From Flavobacteriales bacterium (GTDB lineage Bacteria > Bacteroidota > Bacteroidia > Palsa-965), in contig JBEIPA010000001.1 of assembly GCA_040377305.1 (NCBI GenBank), forward strand, positions 64,001-128,000: 64,000 bases of DNA. Reading direction: 5' to 3'. The notes under the pieces were generated by a model. The model searched no databases. It was not told the origin of the DNA and was given only the letters and a program-made list of their open reading frames with translations. Position 1 is the first letter of the stretch. Each line of letters opens with the position of its first letter. Below, piece after piece: positions 31,522-40,274 of this stretch. A program made the translations under genes and the position numbers.

Positions 31522-33948
31522 ATGGAAGAGACGACACATATCGGTAAGCGTAACGTCATGGACTTCACCTATGCGTTGTTTGCTTCATCATGTCTTACCA
31601 CGGCTATCATCGGACTCGAATTTGAGAACGGCGGTCCGGCGAAATATGTGCTGCCGTTCATTCCGCTGATTTTCATTTTCACGTATTGGTTTTCAAAGCA
31701 ATTCTCTTACTACGCTATTGCAGCCGGCGCGATAGCCTCCTCCTATTTCTTTTTAGGAGCGATCAACACAATCGCGCTCGTGACTTTAGTTGCGGCTTAT
31801 ATTTTCATTATAACAGCGTTTAAGAAAACCAGTTTACGGATTCTCTGGGCCATTTTTCTTACCGCCGTTCTTGCCGTTCTTCGGATAGGATTTGTGAATT
31901 TGCCGTTCATTCCGCTTGCAGTACCGGTTGTTGGCTCTATGATCATGTTCCGATATGTGTTGATGCTCTATGAACATCACTATGAAAAACCTGAGTCGAC
32001 CTGGATTCAAAAATTCACGTATCTGATTCTTCCGCCCGCGCTTGCATTCCCTCTTTTTCCGATTGTTGATTACAAGTCCTTTCTGAGAAATCATCATCCG
32101 CAAGATTCTTCGGTGATAAAAACCGGATTGACAAGAATCGCAGCAGGATTGATATTCATGATGTCGTTTCGCATTCTGTATCTCTACTTCATTCCGGGTT
32201 ATGTTGAAGTACACGATGCATTAAGCGTTTTCACTTACACAATTTGTAATTACCTCTACATCCTCAACGTTTTTGGTGTGATGTGGATTGCAGTCGGGTA
32301 TCTCGGAATATTGGGGTTTGACTTGCCTCCCGTTTTCAATTACGTCTTTCTGATCGACAATTTTAGAGACATCTGGAGACGCATTAATGTATACTGGCGC
32401 GATTTCATGGTGAAACTCGTTTACTATCCGCTTTACTTTAACCTTAGGAAGAAAACGAAAGCCGCGATTTTAATTACGTCGCTAACAACGCTCACCATAT
32501 CAGCAATGCTGCATGGATGGCAATGGTTTTGGTTGCAGGGAACATTTGTTTTGCACGCGCCGGGTATCATTTTCTGGTTCGTGATCGGACTCGTGATTTC
32601 AATTAATCTCGCGATGCAAAATCCGATTGGGCAAGCACCTAAAACATTGAGTCCGGCAATTCGTGCGCTAAGGATCACAGGAATGTTTCTGTTCATGTGC
32701 ATCATGTGGTCGTTATGGAATAGTTCGTCGATTGATGAATGGATCCACCTGCTCTCCTACTACACCATCGGTACACCAATGATGTGGATTATCATCACTG
32801 CTATTCTTTTCGGAATTTTTCTGTTACACTTTATCATTCAACGTTTGCCGGAAAAACCTGCCGGTCACCACATTCTCAATAAGGCGTATCATCCAGCGGC
32901 AATACTTACCGTTTGTGCATTGATGCTGGCTCCGCTGCTTCCCAACATCTCTGAGAAAATTCCGGGGATTACCGGAGAGTTCCTCGCCTCAGTTTCGAAA
33001 GCGCAATTGAGTGATGCCGATCAAAGTGCGGCTACGGAAAACTACTACAATCGTATGCTTGCGAGCGATGGAATGGGATCTCGGCCGTGGGAAGTACACA
33101 CACCTGGTCGTGACGCACAATCGGGACTGGATGATGCGTGTGTGCGCAGTGAAAATCTGCTCGTCCGTGAATTGATTCCGAGTAAAGTGACTGTGATCAA
33201 CGGATGGACAATTACAACGAACAGTTTTGGGATGCGTGATGATGAATATGCACTTGAGAAGCCGGAGAGCACATACCGTATTGCAATTTTGGGTGCATCA
33301 TACGAAATGGGATCTGGCGTTGCACAAGACAGCACATTCGAAGCGTTGTTGGAGAAAATGCTGAATGATTCGCTCTCACCAAAAAACATTGAAGTGTTGA
33401 ATTTTGCAGTTGGAGGCTATCACTTGCCACAACTGGTTTGGGTTGCAGAAAATAAGTTGCCGCAGTTTCAACCAGACCTTGTTCTGTGTTTTGTCCATCC
33501 TGCAGATGCCGCGCGTACAAGCGACTATATGGCCAACATGGTGAGAAATGGAATTGATCTGCATTATCCTGAATTGTACCAGATCAGAAAGGAGTCGGGT
33601 GCAGAACAGCACATGGAGCAGAAAGTGCTGGTGAATAAGTTTTATCCGTTCACCGGGCGAATCACCGAGTGGTCGCTGGGTACAATTTATGCGACAAGTA
33701 AATCCATGAACGCGGAATTTGGCGTTGTATATCTTCCTTCGCTACAAGGGGCTGATGATTCGAAGTACTATGCCGGAATTGCAACGAAGCCAACTTTGTT
33801 TTTCAATCTAAGCGGGATTTACGGAAGCAATCCATCAAACTACGAATTGCCAGGCGATCCTACTCACCCGAACGCCGAGGCCCACCACAAGATTGCAGCA
33901 GAACTCGCGCGTCAACTCGCTCCGATCATCAAAGGTCAAAACCCATAA
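31522..33948 (+). CDS. MBOAT membrane acyltransferase fused to a C-terminal SGNH/GDSL-like domain
   Basis: Multi-TM N-terminus with FN...NFRDIWRRIN.YWRDF and AMLHG (MBOAT His). C-terminus NSFGMRD, RIAILGASY, LNFAVGGY, DPTHPN (SGNH-like Ser and DxxH). Confidence 0.85.
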   Translation: MEETTHIGKRNVMDFTYALFASSCLTTAIIGLEFENGGPAKYVLPFIPLIFIFTYWFSKQFSYYAIAAGAIASSYFFLGAINTIALVTLVAAYIFIITAFKKTSLRILWAIFLTAVLAVLRIGFVNLPFIPLAVPVVGSMIMFRYVLMLYEHHYEKPESTWIQKFTYLILPPALAFPLFPIVDYKSFLRNHHPQDSSVIKTGLTRIAAGLIFMMSFRILYLYFIPGYVEVHDALSVFTYTICNYLYILNVFGVMWIAVGYLGILGFDLPPVFNYVFLIDNFRDIWRRINVYWRDFMVKLVYYPLYFNLRKKTKAAILITSLTTLTISAMLHGWQWFWLQGTFVLHAPGIIFWFVIGLVISINLAMQNPIGQAPKTLSPAIRALRITGMFLFMCIMWSLWNSSSIDEWIHLLSYYTIGTPMMWIIITAILFGIFLLHFIIQRLPEKPAGHHILNKAYHPAAILTVCALMLAPLLPNISEKIPGITGEFLASVSKAQLSDADQSAATENYYNRMLASDGMGSRPWEVHTPGRDAQSGLDDACVRSENLLVRELIPSKVTVINGWTITTNSFGMRDDEYALEKPESTYRIAILGASYEMGSGVAQDSTFEALLEKMLNDSLSPKNIEVLNFAVGGYHLPQLVWVAENKLPQFQPDLVLCFVHPADAARTSDYMANMVRNGIDLHYPELYQIRKESGAEQHMEQKVLVNKFYPFTGRITEWSLGTIYATSKSMNAEFGVVYLPSLQGADDSKYYAGIATKPTLFFNLSGIYGSNPSNYELPGDPTHPNAEAHHKIAAELARQLAPIIKGQNP

Positions 33949-33984
33949 AATCCCTATCTTTCAGCAACAGGAATCAATCAATCT

Positions 33985-34230
33985 ATGTCTGCAGAAATTA
34001 AATCAGAAGTCCGAACATTTCTTGATGCAAGTCTTTCGGGCGGGGCTTCCGCTATACAAGACGACACCAAACTCATCAGCTCGCGATTGCTTGACTCCAT
34101 CCTTGCTTTGCGACTCGTGACACATCTGGAAGCAAAATTCAATATTGAGTTTGCCGCACATGAAGTAACAGCAGACAATCTGGAGTCCATTAACCGGATT
34201 TCAGAATTCGTTTCGTCCAAAATGAAATAG
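33985..34230 (+). CDS. stand-alone peptidyl/acyl carrier protein (PltL/DltC-like)
   Basis: 81 aa, LLDSI phosphopantetheine Ser motif, LEAKFNI, NLESI..I. Confidence 0.9.
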   Translation: MSAEIKSEVRTFLDASLSGGASAIQDDTKLISSRLLDSILALRLVTHLEAKFNIEFAAHEVTADNLESINRISEFVSSKMK

Positions 34231-34236
34231 TTTCCT

Positions 34237-35721
34237 TTGAGCGTAGAAAATCAATCTCACCTCAATCGAATTGCACTTGTTGATTCGCAAGGCAAGTCGA
34301 TGACGTTTGGTGCATTGAAAACTTCCCGCGAAATGTTTGCTTCGATCCTTTTCAGATTTCAGGTTGGTGGCGGTTGTCGGGTAGCCATACTTCTCGAAAA
34401 ATCTTTGGCTAGTGCAATCGCTATATATACATGCGTGGATATTTCAGCTGCTTACATTCCAGTCGATGTACATCTTCCAAAATCAAGGATTGATGATACT
34501 CTTGCTGATTGTAATCCACACGTGGTGGTTCACAACCAACCTGGTCTCTTTCCTGATAATGAATCTCACGCTTGCAGAATTCCGGGTCTGGAAGAAACTT
34601 TCATCACGGTGTTGCTCGCCCCCAACTATCGTGAAGTTGAAAGCAAGCAAGCAATGCCCAATTTTTTCACCGAATACGTTTCATATGTATTATATACTTC
34701 CGGATCAACCGGGATTCCCAAAGGTGTTGTTGTGCCGTTCGATGCCACCAAGGCGTTTGTAATGTGGGCCAGTAAAAGTTTTGACATTGTTGAAACAGAT
34801 CAAATTGCCTCCATTGCACCGTTTCACTTCGATTTATCTGTATTGGACCTCTTCGTCGCACGATACAAAAAGGCGACACTTCACTTATTCAGTCCGGAGC
34901 AAGTAAGAAATCCACGGCTGATGAGCGAGGAATTGTCCAAGCGAAAGATCAGTACGATATACGCCACACCAACTTTCTACGGTGCACTGTTAGAATTTGG
35001 AAAAATCGAGAACCAGGATTGGTCTTATCTGCGCTCTGTCCTTTTCGCTGGAGAAGTCTTTCCGGTCAAACAACTTCACGGTCTGATGTCGATCTGGAAC
35101 AATGTCAAATTTTACAATCTCTACGGTCCAACAGAAACGAATGTTTGCACCTTCACGGAAATTCATCGGGATAATGACCGTACAGAGCCGTACGCGATTG
35201 GTAAGGTATGCGCAGGACATGAAATTGAAATTACTGAGCAAGGAGAATTACTTGTTGGCGGTCTTCATGTTGCGAAAAACTATCTGAACAGATCGGAGTT
35301 GACTGCCGAGAAATTTTTTACCGTTGGTAATACTCGTTGGTTTCGCACAGGAGATAAAGTTGAAGTTGATGGAACCGGACATCTCCTCTACAAAGGTCGA
35401 CTTGACAGAATGGTAAAACGACGCGGCTATAGAATTGAGCCTGGAGAAATTGAAAGTGCGCTGCACAAACTTGATGGTGTCACTGGAGCTGTAGTCGTTG
35501 AACACCGCGAAAGTCATTCTGTATTATTGGCTGCCGTTGTCACAACCGATGGCAGCCGAAATTTTGATATTGTACAATTAAAATCCGAATTATTTCAAGT
35601 TCTACCTGACTATATGCTCCCGGATTCGGTCATTACAGTTAATGAATTTCCAAAGACCAGCTCAGGAAAAATCGATTATTTGAAGGTGCAGCAGGATGTC
35701 GTATCTTCATTACATAAATGA
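34237..35721 (+). CDS. stand-alone amino-acid adenylation enzyme, predicted L-proline ligase (PltF/CloN4-like)
   Basis: YTSGSTGIPKG, APFHFDLSVLD, VLFAGE, NLYGPTETNVC, FRTGD, TSSGKID; specificity code read by hand as DLLYLALVCK. Confidence 0.82.
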   Translation: MSVENQSHLNRIALVDSQGKSMTFGALKTSREMFASILFRFQVGGGCRVAILLEKSLASAIAIYTCVDISAAYIPVDVHLPKSRIDDTLADCNPHVVVHNQPGLFPDNESHACRIPGLEETFITVLLAPNYREVESKQAMPNFFTEYVSYVLYTSGSTGIPKGVVVPFDATKAFVMWASKSFDIVETDQIASIAPFHFDLSVLDLFVARYKKATLHLFSPEQVRNPRLMSEELSKRKISTIYATPTFYGALLEFGKIENQDWSYLRSVLFAGEVFPVKQLHGLMSIWNNVKFYNLYGPTETNVCTFTEIHRDNDRTEPYAIGKVCAGHEIEITEQGELLVGGLHVAKNYLNRSELTAEKFFTVGNTRWFRTGDKVEVDGTGHLLYKGRLDRMVKRRGYRIEPGEIESALHKLDGVTGAVVVEHRESHSVLLAAVVTTDGSRNFDIVQLKSELFQVLPDYMLPDSVITVNEFPKTSSGKIDYLKVQQDVVSSLHK

Positions 35722-36812
35722 ATCCTTCTGCTCTAGATATTCGTCAGGCTGCGATTGATCACTCGCTTCAATTGAACTCGCACGATTCGTTTTCAGCGAA
35801 ATGGCAGTCGGCCTCTGGACTATTTTTTGCGGGTATCACCTTACCAATTCCAGGGATGACCACGCGTTTGAGTGCGGTCGATTGTGCAAACATTCTTTTT
35901 GAGCTCGGAAGAAATTCCAAAGACGGTGGTTTCAACTTTTCGCTTGCAGCACATTTGTTCGCGGCTGTAATTCCACTAGGAGGTCACGGGACACATTCCG
36001 TTCACCACGAAGCGAGAGAACGTATTTCCAATGGAGCAATTGCCGGGAATGCGATGACAGAAAGTTCCTCCGGAAGCGATGCATTCAGGATGAAAACCAC
36101 TGCCACGCGTAACGGAAAAGATTTCATTCTCAACGGAAGCAAAGTTTATGTAACCAACGGTCCCATTGCTGACTATTTCGTTGCATACGCAATCACCGAT
36201 GCGGAGAAAGGTTTTTTCGGTGGTGTGTCGTGTTTTCTAATTGATAAACTAAAGCACAATGTAATAGCTGGTCCGCCGATTGAAAAAACAAGTTTAAAAT
36301 CATCTCCGATGTGTGAACTGTTCTTTGACAATTGTGTAATTGAAGAGAAATATCTCATTGGTAAAGAAGGTGCGGGCGCCATGATATTTCTCGAATCCAT
36401 GGATTGGGAGCGCGCTTGTATTGCAGCGATGCATGCAGGAACGATTTCGAGATTGTGTAATGAAGCCGGCGCTTTCGTAAAGACAAGAATCCGTGGTGAA
36501 AAAGCTTTGAGTGAATTTCAAGGTGTGCAATTTAAGATTGCAGACATTGCGGTGCTTGGTGAAACATCCCGACTGATGGCCAATCGCGCGGCTGAAAAAG
36601 TTGATCAGAGAAACGGAACACTTGCGGCTGCACAGGCGAAAATTCTTGCAAGCGAATCTTTGATGCAAGCTGCAACGTTAGCTGCAACAGTAATGGGCGG
36701 AAGCGGTATCACCAACAAAAATGTAGTTAACGTACTTGTCGATGCACAAGCCGCGCTGATTTACTCCGGGCCGAATGATGTGCTGAGAGAATTGATTGCA
36801 TCACAATTGTAA
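35718..36812 (+). CDS. acyl-CoA dehydrogenase family, predicted prolyl-carrier-protein dehydrogenase (PltE/CloN3/AnaB-like)
   Basis: DGGFNFSLAAHLFA..IP, NAMTE..SGSDA, NGSK.YVTNGP, SMDWER, and IYSG rather than IYEG; 4-bp overlap with the adenylation gene. Confidence 0.8.
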   Translation: MNPSALDIRQAAIDHSLQLNSHDSFSAKWQSASGLFFAGITLPIPGMTTRLSAVDCANILFELGRNSKDGGFNFSLAAHLFAAVIPLGGHGTHSVHHEARERISNGAIAGNAMTESSSGSDAFRMKTTATRNGKDFILNGSKVYVTNGPIADYFVAYAITDAEKGFFGGVSCFLIDKLKHNVIAGPPIEKTSLKSSPMCELFFDNCVIEEKYLIGKEGAGAMIFLESMDWERACIAAMHAGTISRLCNEAGAFVKTRIRGEKALSEFQGVQFKIADIAVLGETSRLMANRAAEKVDQRNGTLAAAQAKILASESLMQAATLAATVMGGSGITNKNVVNVLVDAQAALIYSGPNDVLRELIASQL

Positions 36813-36813
36813 T

Positions 36814-37182
36814 ATGAAGAAGTTACTGTTTGCGCTTATCATCGTTTTTGTCTCCTGTCAGGAAGAACAGAAAGACATTACCGGACGCTGGACGGTTCTT
36901 AAACAATTTGATGGAGGAAAAGAAGTTCCTTCAACTACTCCAGCTGTAACTTTTAACGATGACGGTACTCTCGAATATGAATGGCAGCGCGAACCCAGTT
37001 TTGTGATTCCCAAAACTTATTACCGAGTTGCGAATGATTCTTTGTATTGGACGACCAAACAAATGACCAAGGATGGTGAAAAGGCAGACAGTGGTAAAAT
37101 ACGTCTCGACTGGGAAGGTGAAAACCTAATTCTGAGAAGATCAAAGGATAACTACACTATACTGAAACGAGATCTGAAATAA
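36814..37182 (+). CDS. small lipoprotein, lipocalin-like
   Basis: MKKLLF...FVSC lipobox; ITGRW, TFNDDGT; start ATG 36814. Confidence 0.65.
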   Translation: MKKLLFALIIVFVSCQEEQKDITGRWTVLKQFDGGKEVPSTTPAVTFNDDGTLEYEWQREPSFVIPKTYYRVANDSLYWTTKQMTKDGEKADSGKIRLDWEGENLILRRSKDNYTILKRDLK

Positions 37183-37198
37183 ATCCTAAGTTTTGAAT

Positions 37199-38938
37199 AT
37201 GCGATTTTACATTATAATTTTTTTCGTTTCGCTTCTGTTCATTTCTTGCGGACAAGACGCGGGAAAATATCGCGCGGCTGTAAAACTTCATGACCAGTAT
37301 GGGTACATTGATGAGACCGGGGAGTTTGTGATTGATCCTGATTTTGATGAAGCATGGGTTTTTATTCATGGCTCCGCAGTAGTGAGAGCTGATGGCAAGT
37401 ATGGCTTGATTGACAAGATGGGTGATTGGATTGTTGAACCTGAATATGACTCAGTGTTTCCATTTAGTCCCGATTGTTTTATGATCATCCAAGACTCACT
37501 TTACGGATTCGTGGAACACGGGACCGGGAAGATTCTCATCGCACCTCAGTACGACATGGTGTACAACTACACGATGGATTTATGTGTCGTGCAAAAAGGG
37601 CGTGCGCTTGGTGTTGTGAATTCCAAAGGAGTACTTACGTGTAGTCCACAGTTACAGGATCTGAAAGAAATGTATGGCCCTTGCGCTATTGTTGTGCAGA
37701 GTGATACTGCAGATGAAATGCAGATGTTATTAAGCATCATCGATGGTGGAGCTGTTAAAGTTGGCTTGTTGAGTAGTGAAGGAGAATTTGTGCTGCCATG
37801 CAAGTATGATGAAATTTTTGATGATGTGGCCAATGGCTTCTACTATCCATTTCTTCGCTCAGCAGAATACACGAATGATTCTGTGATTGGTGATATTCCT
37901 GTCTTGGTAGGAACGTATGGTATTGTTGATACCAACGGACGTATTCTAAGTGAGCCTATGTTTGAAGAAATGCCAGTATATGGAGATGGAATGTTTCGGA
38001 TCAAGCTTAATGGTACGTACGGTTTTGCCGACGCTTCCGGCAAAGTTGTGATTCCGCCGCAATGGGAATTTGCAGTTGCGTTTTCTGAAGGAAAAGCAAT
38101 AGTGAGTATGAACAGCAACTCATCCATCATTGATAAAACCGGAAAAGTACTTGCAACAAATCTGGGCGATGGCACGGGAATGTATCGCTTCTTCAACAAC
38201 CGGGCGCGCTGCAGATCGAATGATGGATTGTACGGCTATATGGATCAAACCGGAAAGAGAGTGATTGCACCCACTTATGATTCAGGTGACGATTTCAGCG
38301 AAGGAGTCGCAATTGTTGGAAAAGGAAATCACTACGGGCTCATTGACACCGCCGGAAATTTTTTGATTCAACCCGAATATGAATTCATCTACAATCTAGG
38401 CAGTGGCTTGTACAAAGTGAAAGATTCGGACGGCAAAACCGGGGTACTGAATAATAAAGGTGAAGTGATCATTGCCAAAGAATACGACGACGTATTTCAT
38501 TTGCAACAGAACTACCTCATGGTGGAAAAAGGATATCTCAGCGGATGTTTCGACATCACCGGGAAGGAGATCTATCCGGCAACATCACCGTTACAACTAC
38601 TTTTTGTCGAAGGAAAAAGTCTGGTGTACAATGAAACCAAAACCGGATTGATTGACACAACCGGAAAGTACATTGTTCCGTTAGAATACGACAGCATCGG
38701 ATACTTCTACAATGGATTTACCACGGTAACCAAGAACGGAGTTTACGGTGCAATTGATTCAACCGGCAAAGTTATTATCGAAGCGAAGTACACGACGTTG
38801 CAGCCATTCGTAAACGGATTTGCGGTGTTCCGTCATAAGGGAAAATTCGGTTATGTGAATTCTAAGGGAGAAGAAATAATTTCTGCACAGTTTGATGATG
38901 CAGGGGTGATGGTGGATCCGGAGAATCAAAAATTTTAA
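37199..38938 (+). CDS. WG-repeat lipoprotein
   Basis: FISC lipobox; many (Y/W)G(Y/L)ID.TG..VI.P.YD...FSEG.A repeats. Confidence 0.9.
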   Translation: MRFYIIIFFVSLLFISCGQDAGKYRAAVKLHDQYGYIDETGEFVIDPDFDEAWVFIHGSAVVRADGKYGLIDKMGDWIVEPEYDSVFPFSPDCFMIIQDSLYGFVEHGTGKILIAPQYDMVYNYTMDLCVVQKGRALGVVNSKGVLTCSPQLQDLKEMYGPCAIVVQSDTADEMQMLLSIIDGGAVKVGLLSSEGEFVLPCKYDEIFDDVANGFYYPFLRSAEYTNDSVIGDIPVLVGTYGIVDTNGRILSEPMFEEMPVYGDGMFRIKLNGTYGFADASGKVVIPPQWEFAVAFSEGKAIVSMNSNSSIIDKTGKVLATNLGDGTGMYRFFNNRARCRSNDGLYGYMDQTGKRVIAPTYDSGDDFSEGVAIVGKGNHYGLIDTAGNFLIQPEYEFIYNLGSGLYKVKDSDGKTGVLNNKGEVIIAKEYDDVFHLQQNYLMVEKGYLSGCFDITGKEIYPATSPLQLLFVEGKSLVYNETKTGLIDTTGKYIVPLEYDSIGYFYNGFTTVTKNGVYGAIDSTGKVIIEAKYTTLQPFVNGFAVFRHKGKFGYVNSKGEEIISAQFDDAGVMVDPENQKF

Positions 38939-38955
38939 TAAGGACAAATAAAAAG

Positions 38956-38987
38956 CCTCACCCCTACCCCTCTCCCAAAGAGAGGGA
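38956..38987. repeat. REP-like CCTCACCCC..CCCTCTC-loop-GAGAGGG hairpin
   Basis: CCCTCTC (38968-38974) pairs with GAGAGGG (38980-38986), preceded by CCTCACCCCTA; lies between convergent genes. Confidence 0.65.
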
Positions 38988-39086
38988 ATATAATCGTGAG
39001 TTCCGCAGGATTTGAACCAGTAACCTCATCACTACACTCTCATTCAGAGAATATATTATTGAGCTGCACGGGATTCTGAATAGTCA

Positions 39087-40106
39087 CTAAGGATTTAGGG
39101 AGAGATAATGCTTTACTCTTAACTCTGCGTTCTCACGAATATTCATGTAGAACAAATTCACATCGCTAACGTGGTAGTTATTTCCGAGATGGTAGAAACC
39201 TTTCTTCAAAGAAGGATCGGTGAACGTAATCCACAACAAGCTGCCGTGAATTTTCGTACGGAGTAAATTCTTTTCCGTTTTCTGCCAATCGAAACGCACA
39301 GCACCGAAGTGCAATTTACTTTCCGCAACACCCGCATCTTGTGTCCATGTAAGCGGATTCACACAAGCTGATCCGCGATAACGTGTATAAGGACCCGTGG
39401 TATCTTGTCTCCACGCAACTGTATTCCATGTTACGAAACAACCGATCTGCGATGCACTATCGCCCACCGGAATATCTTTGTACCGATTTTTCTGTGTATC
39501 GAAACCAATGGGATACGACGCAACGAGTTGATTCAACAAAGGTTTTCCGGTGAAGAAATCGTCCATCAGTCGCGCTACATGATATGCACCTTGACTATGT
39601 CCGGCGAGAATAATTGGTCGGCCGTGATTGTAATTCGCGAGATAGTATTCGAAAGATTTTTTAATGTCGGCATACGCTGTGTCGAGTGCTCGCTCGCCTT
39701 CTACTTCACCCTTCGTGAAGCTTCTTAGAATCGCCTGACGATACCGCGGTGCATAGACTTTCGCGGAGGAATTAAACGGAGTGGCCTGATGCATAACGCA
39801 TGCGTCGCACTTTTCGTTCAACTTTTTATCGTCGAGATTTCCGTTCCATGGTCCACCCGCTAAATACACGGTTGGATGCACGTAGAACACATCGACCTGC
39901 GCTGCGAGTTGGTTTTCTTTTGTTGGGCAATCCGGCGGAATGGTATCAGCGATATCATGTCGCGTCGGCAGTGCAATCCAGAAAGATTCAGAGGAGTAGT
40001 CGGGTCGAGTGATCGGTTTGGATTTTTTTCCGAGTGAAGAGACGGAGAATGCCGGAGCGAGGATTGAGAGGGAGAGGAAGGAAAGGGAGAGGAGGAGGCG
40101 GAGCAT
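39087..40106 (-). CDS. DUF3089-like secreted alpha/beta hydrolase
   Basis: Signal peptide; DVFYVHPT, YAPRYRQA, ILAGHSQG nucleophile, CVNPLTW, YH..D.NLFY. Confidence 0.88.
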   Translation of the reverse strand: MLRLLLSLSFLSLSILAPAFSVSSLGKKSKPITRPDYSSESFWIALPTRHDIADTIPPDCPTKENQLAAQVDVFYVHPTVYLAGGPWNGNLDDKKLNEKCDACVMHQATPFNSSAKVYAPRYRQAILRSFTKGEVEGERALDTAYADIKKSFEYYLANYNHGRPIILAGHSQGAYHVARLMDDFFTGKPLLNQLVASYPIGFDTQKNRYKDIPVGDSASQIGCFVTWNTVAWRQDTTGPYTRYRGSACVNPLTWTQDAGVAESKLHFGAVRFDWQKTEKNLLRTKIHGSLLWITFTDPSLKKGFYHLGNNYHVSDVNLFYMNIRENAELRVKHYLSLNP

Positions 40107-40164
40107 GGGTGCAAGTATAGGAATTAGACGCGGTGAAAGCCAGAAGGTTACAAAGGCTATCGGA

Positions 40165-40179
40165 GACCCTTTGGGGGTC
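40165..40179 (+). repeat. REP copy GACCCTTTGGGGGTC
   Basis: Palindromic stem GACCC/GGGTC; same core recurs at 42673, 43496, 44319, 57993 and 58150. Confidence 0.8.
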
Positions 40180-40274
40180 CCAAAATCAATTATTCACAAT
40201 AGTCGAAAAGGGTATTTGATGAGCTAAATTTGCAGTTATCCGACGATTTATATTTACGAATTTCAATTTACCAG

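Noticed and set aside
33985-35721. Classical dltABCD D-alanylation operon
   Set aside because: A-domain pocket residues match the proline type rather than DltA, and a dehydrogenase is coupled; kept only as an architectural analogy.
33985-36812. Pyoluteorin/prodigiosin-like antibiotic cluster
   Set aside because: No type I PKS, NRPS condensation domain, halogenase or exporter in the window.
37199-38938. WG-repeat periodicity as a DNA repeat or diversity-generating system
   Set aside because: Protein-level repeats with diverged DNA; no reverse transcriptase or template repeat seen.
38996-39030. Functional tRNA gene
   Set aside because: Only a degenerate 3' fragment; T-stem mismatched and no D or anticodon arms.
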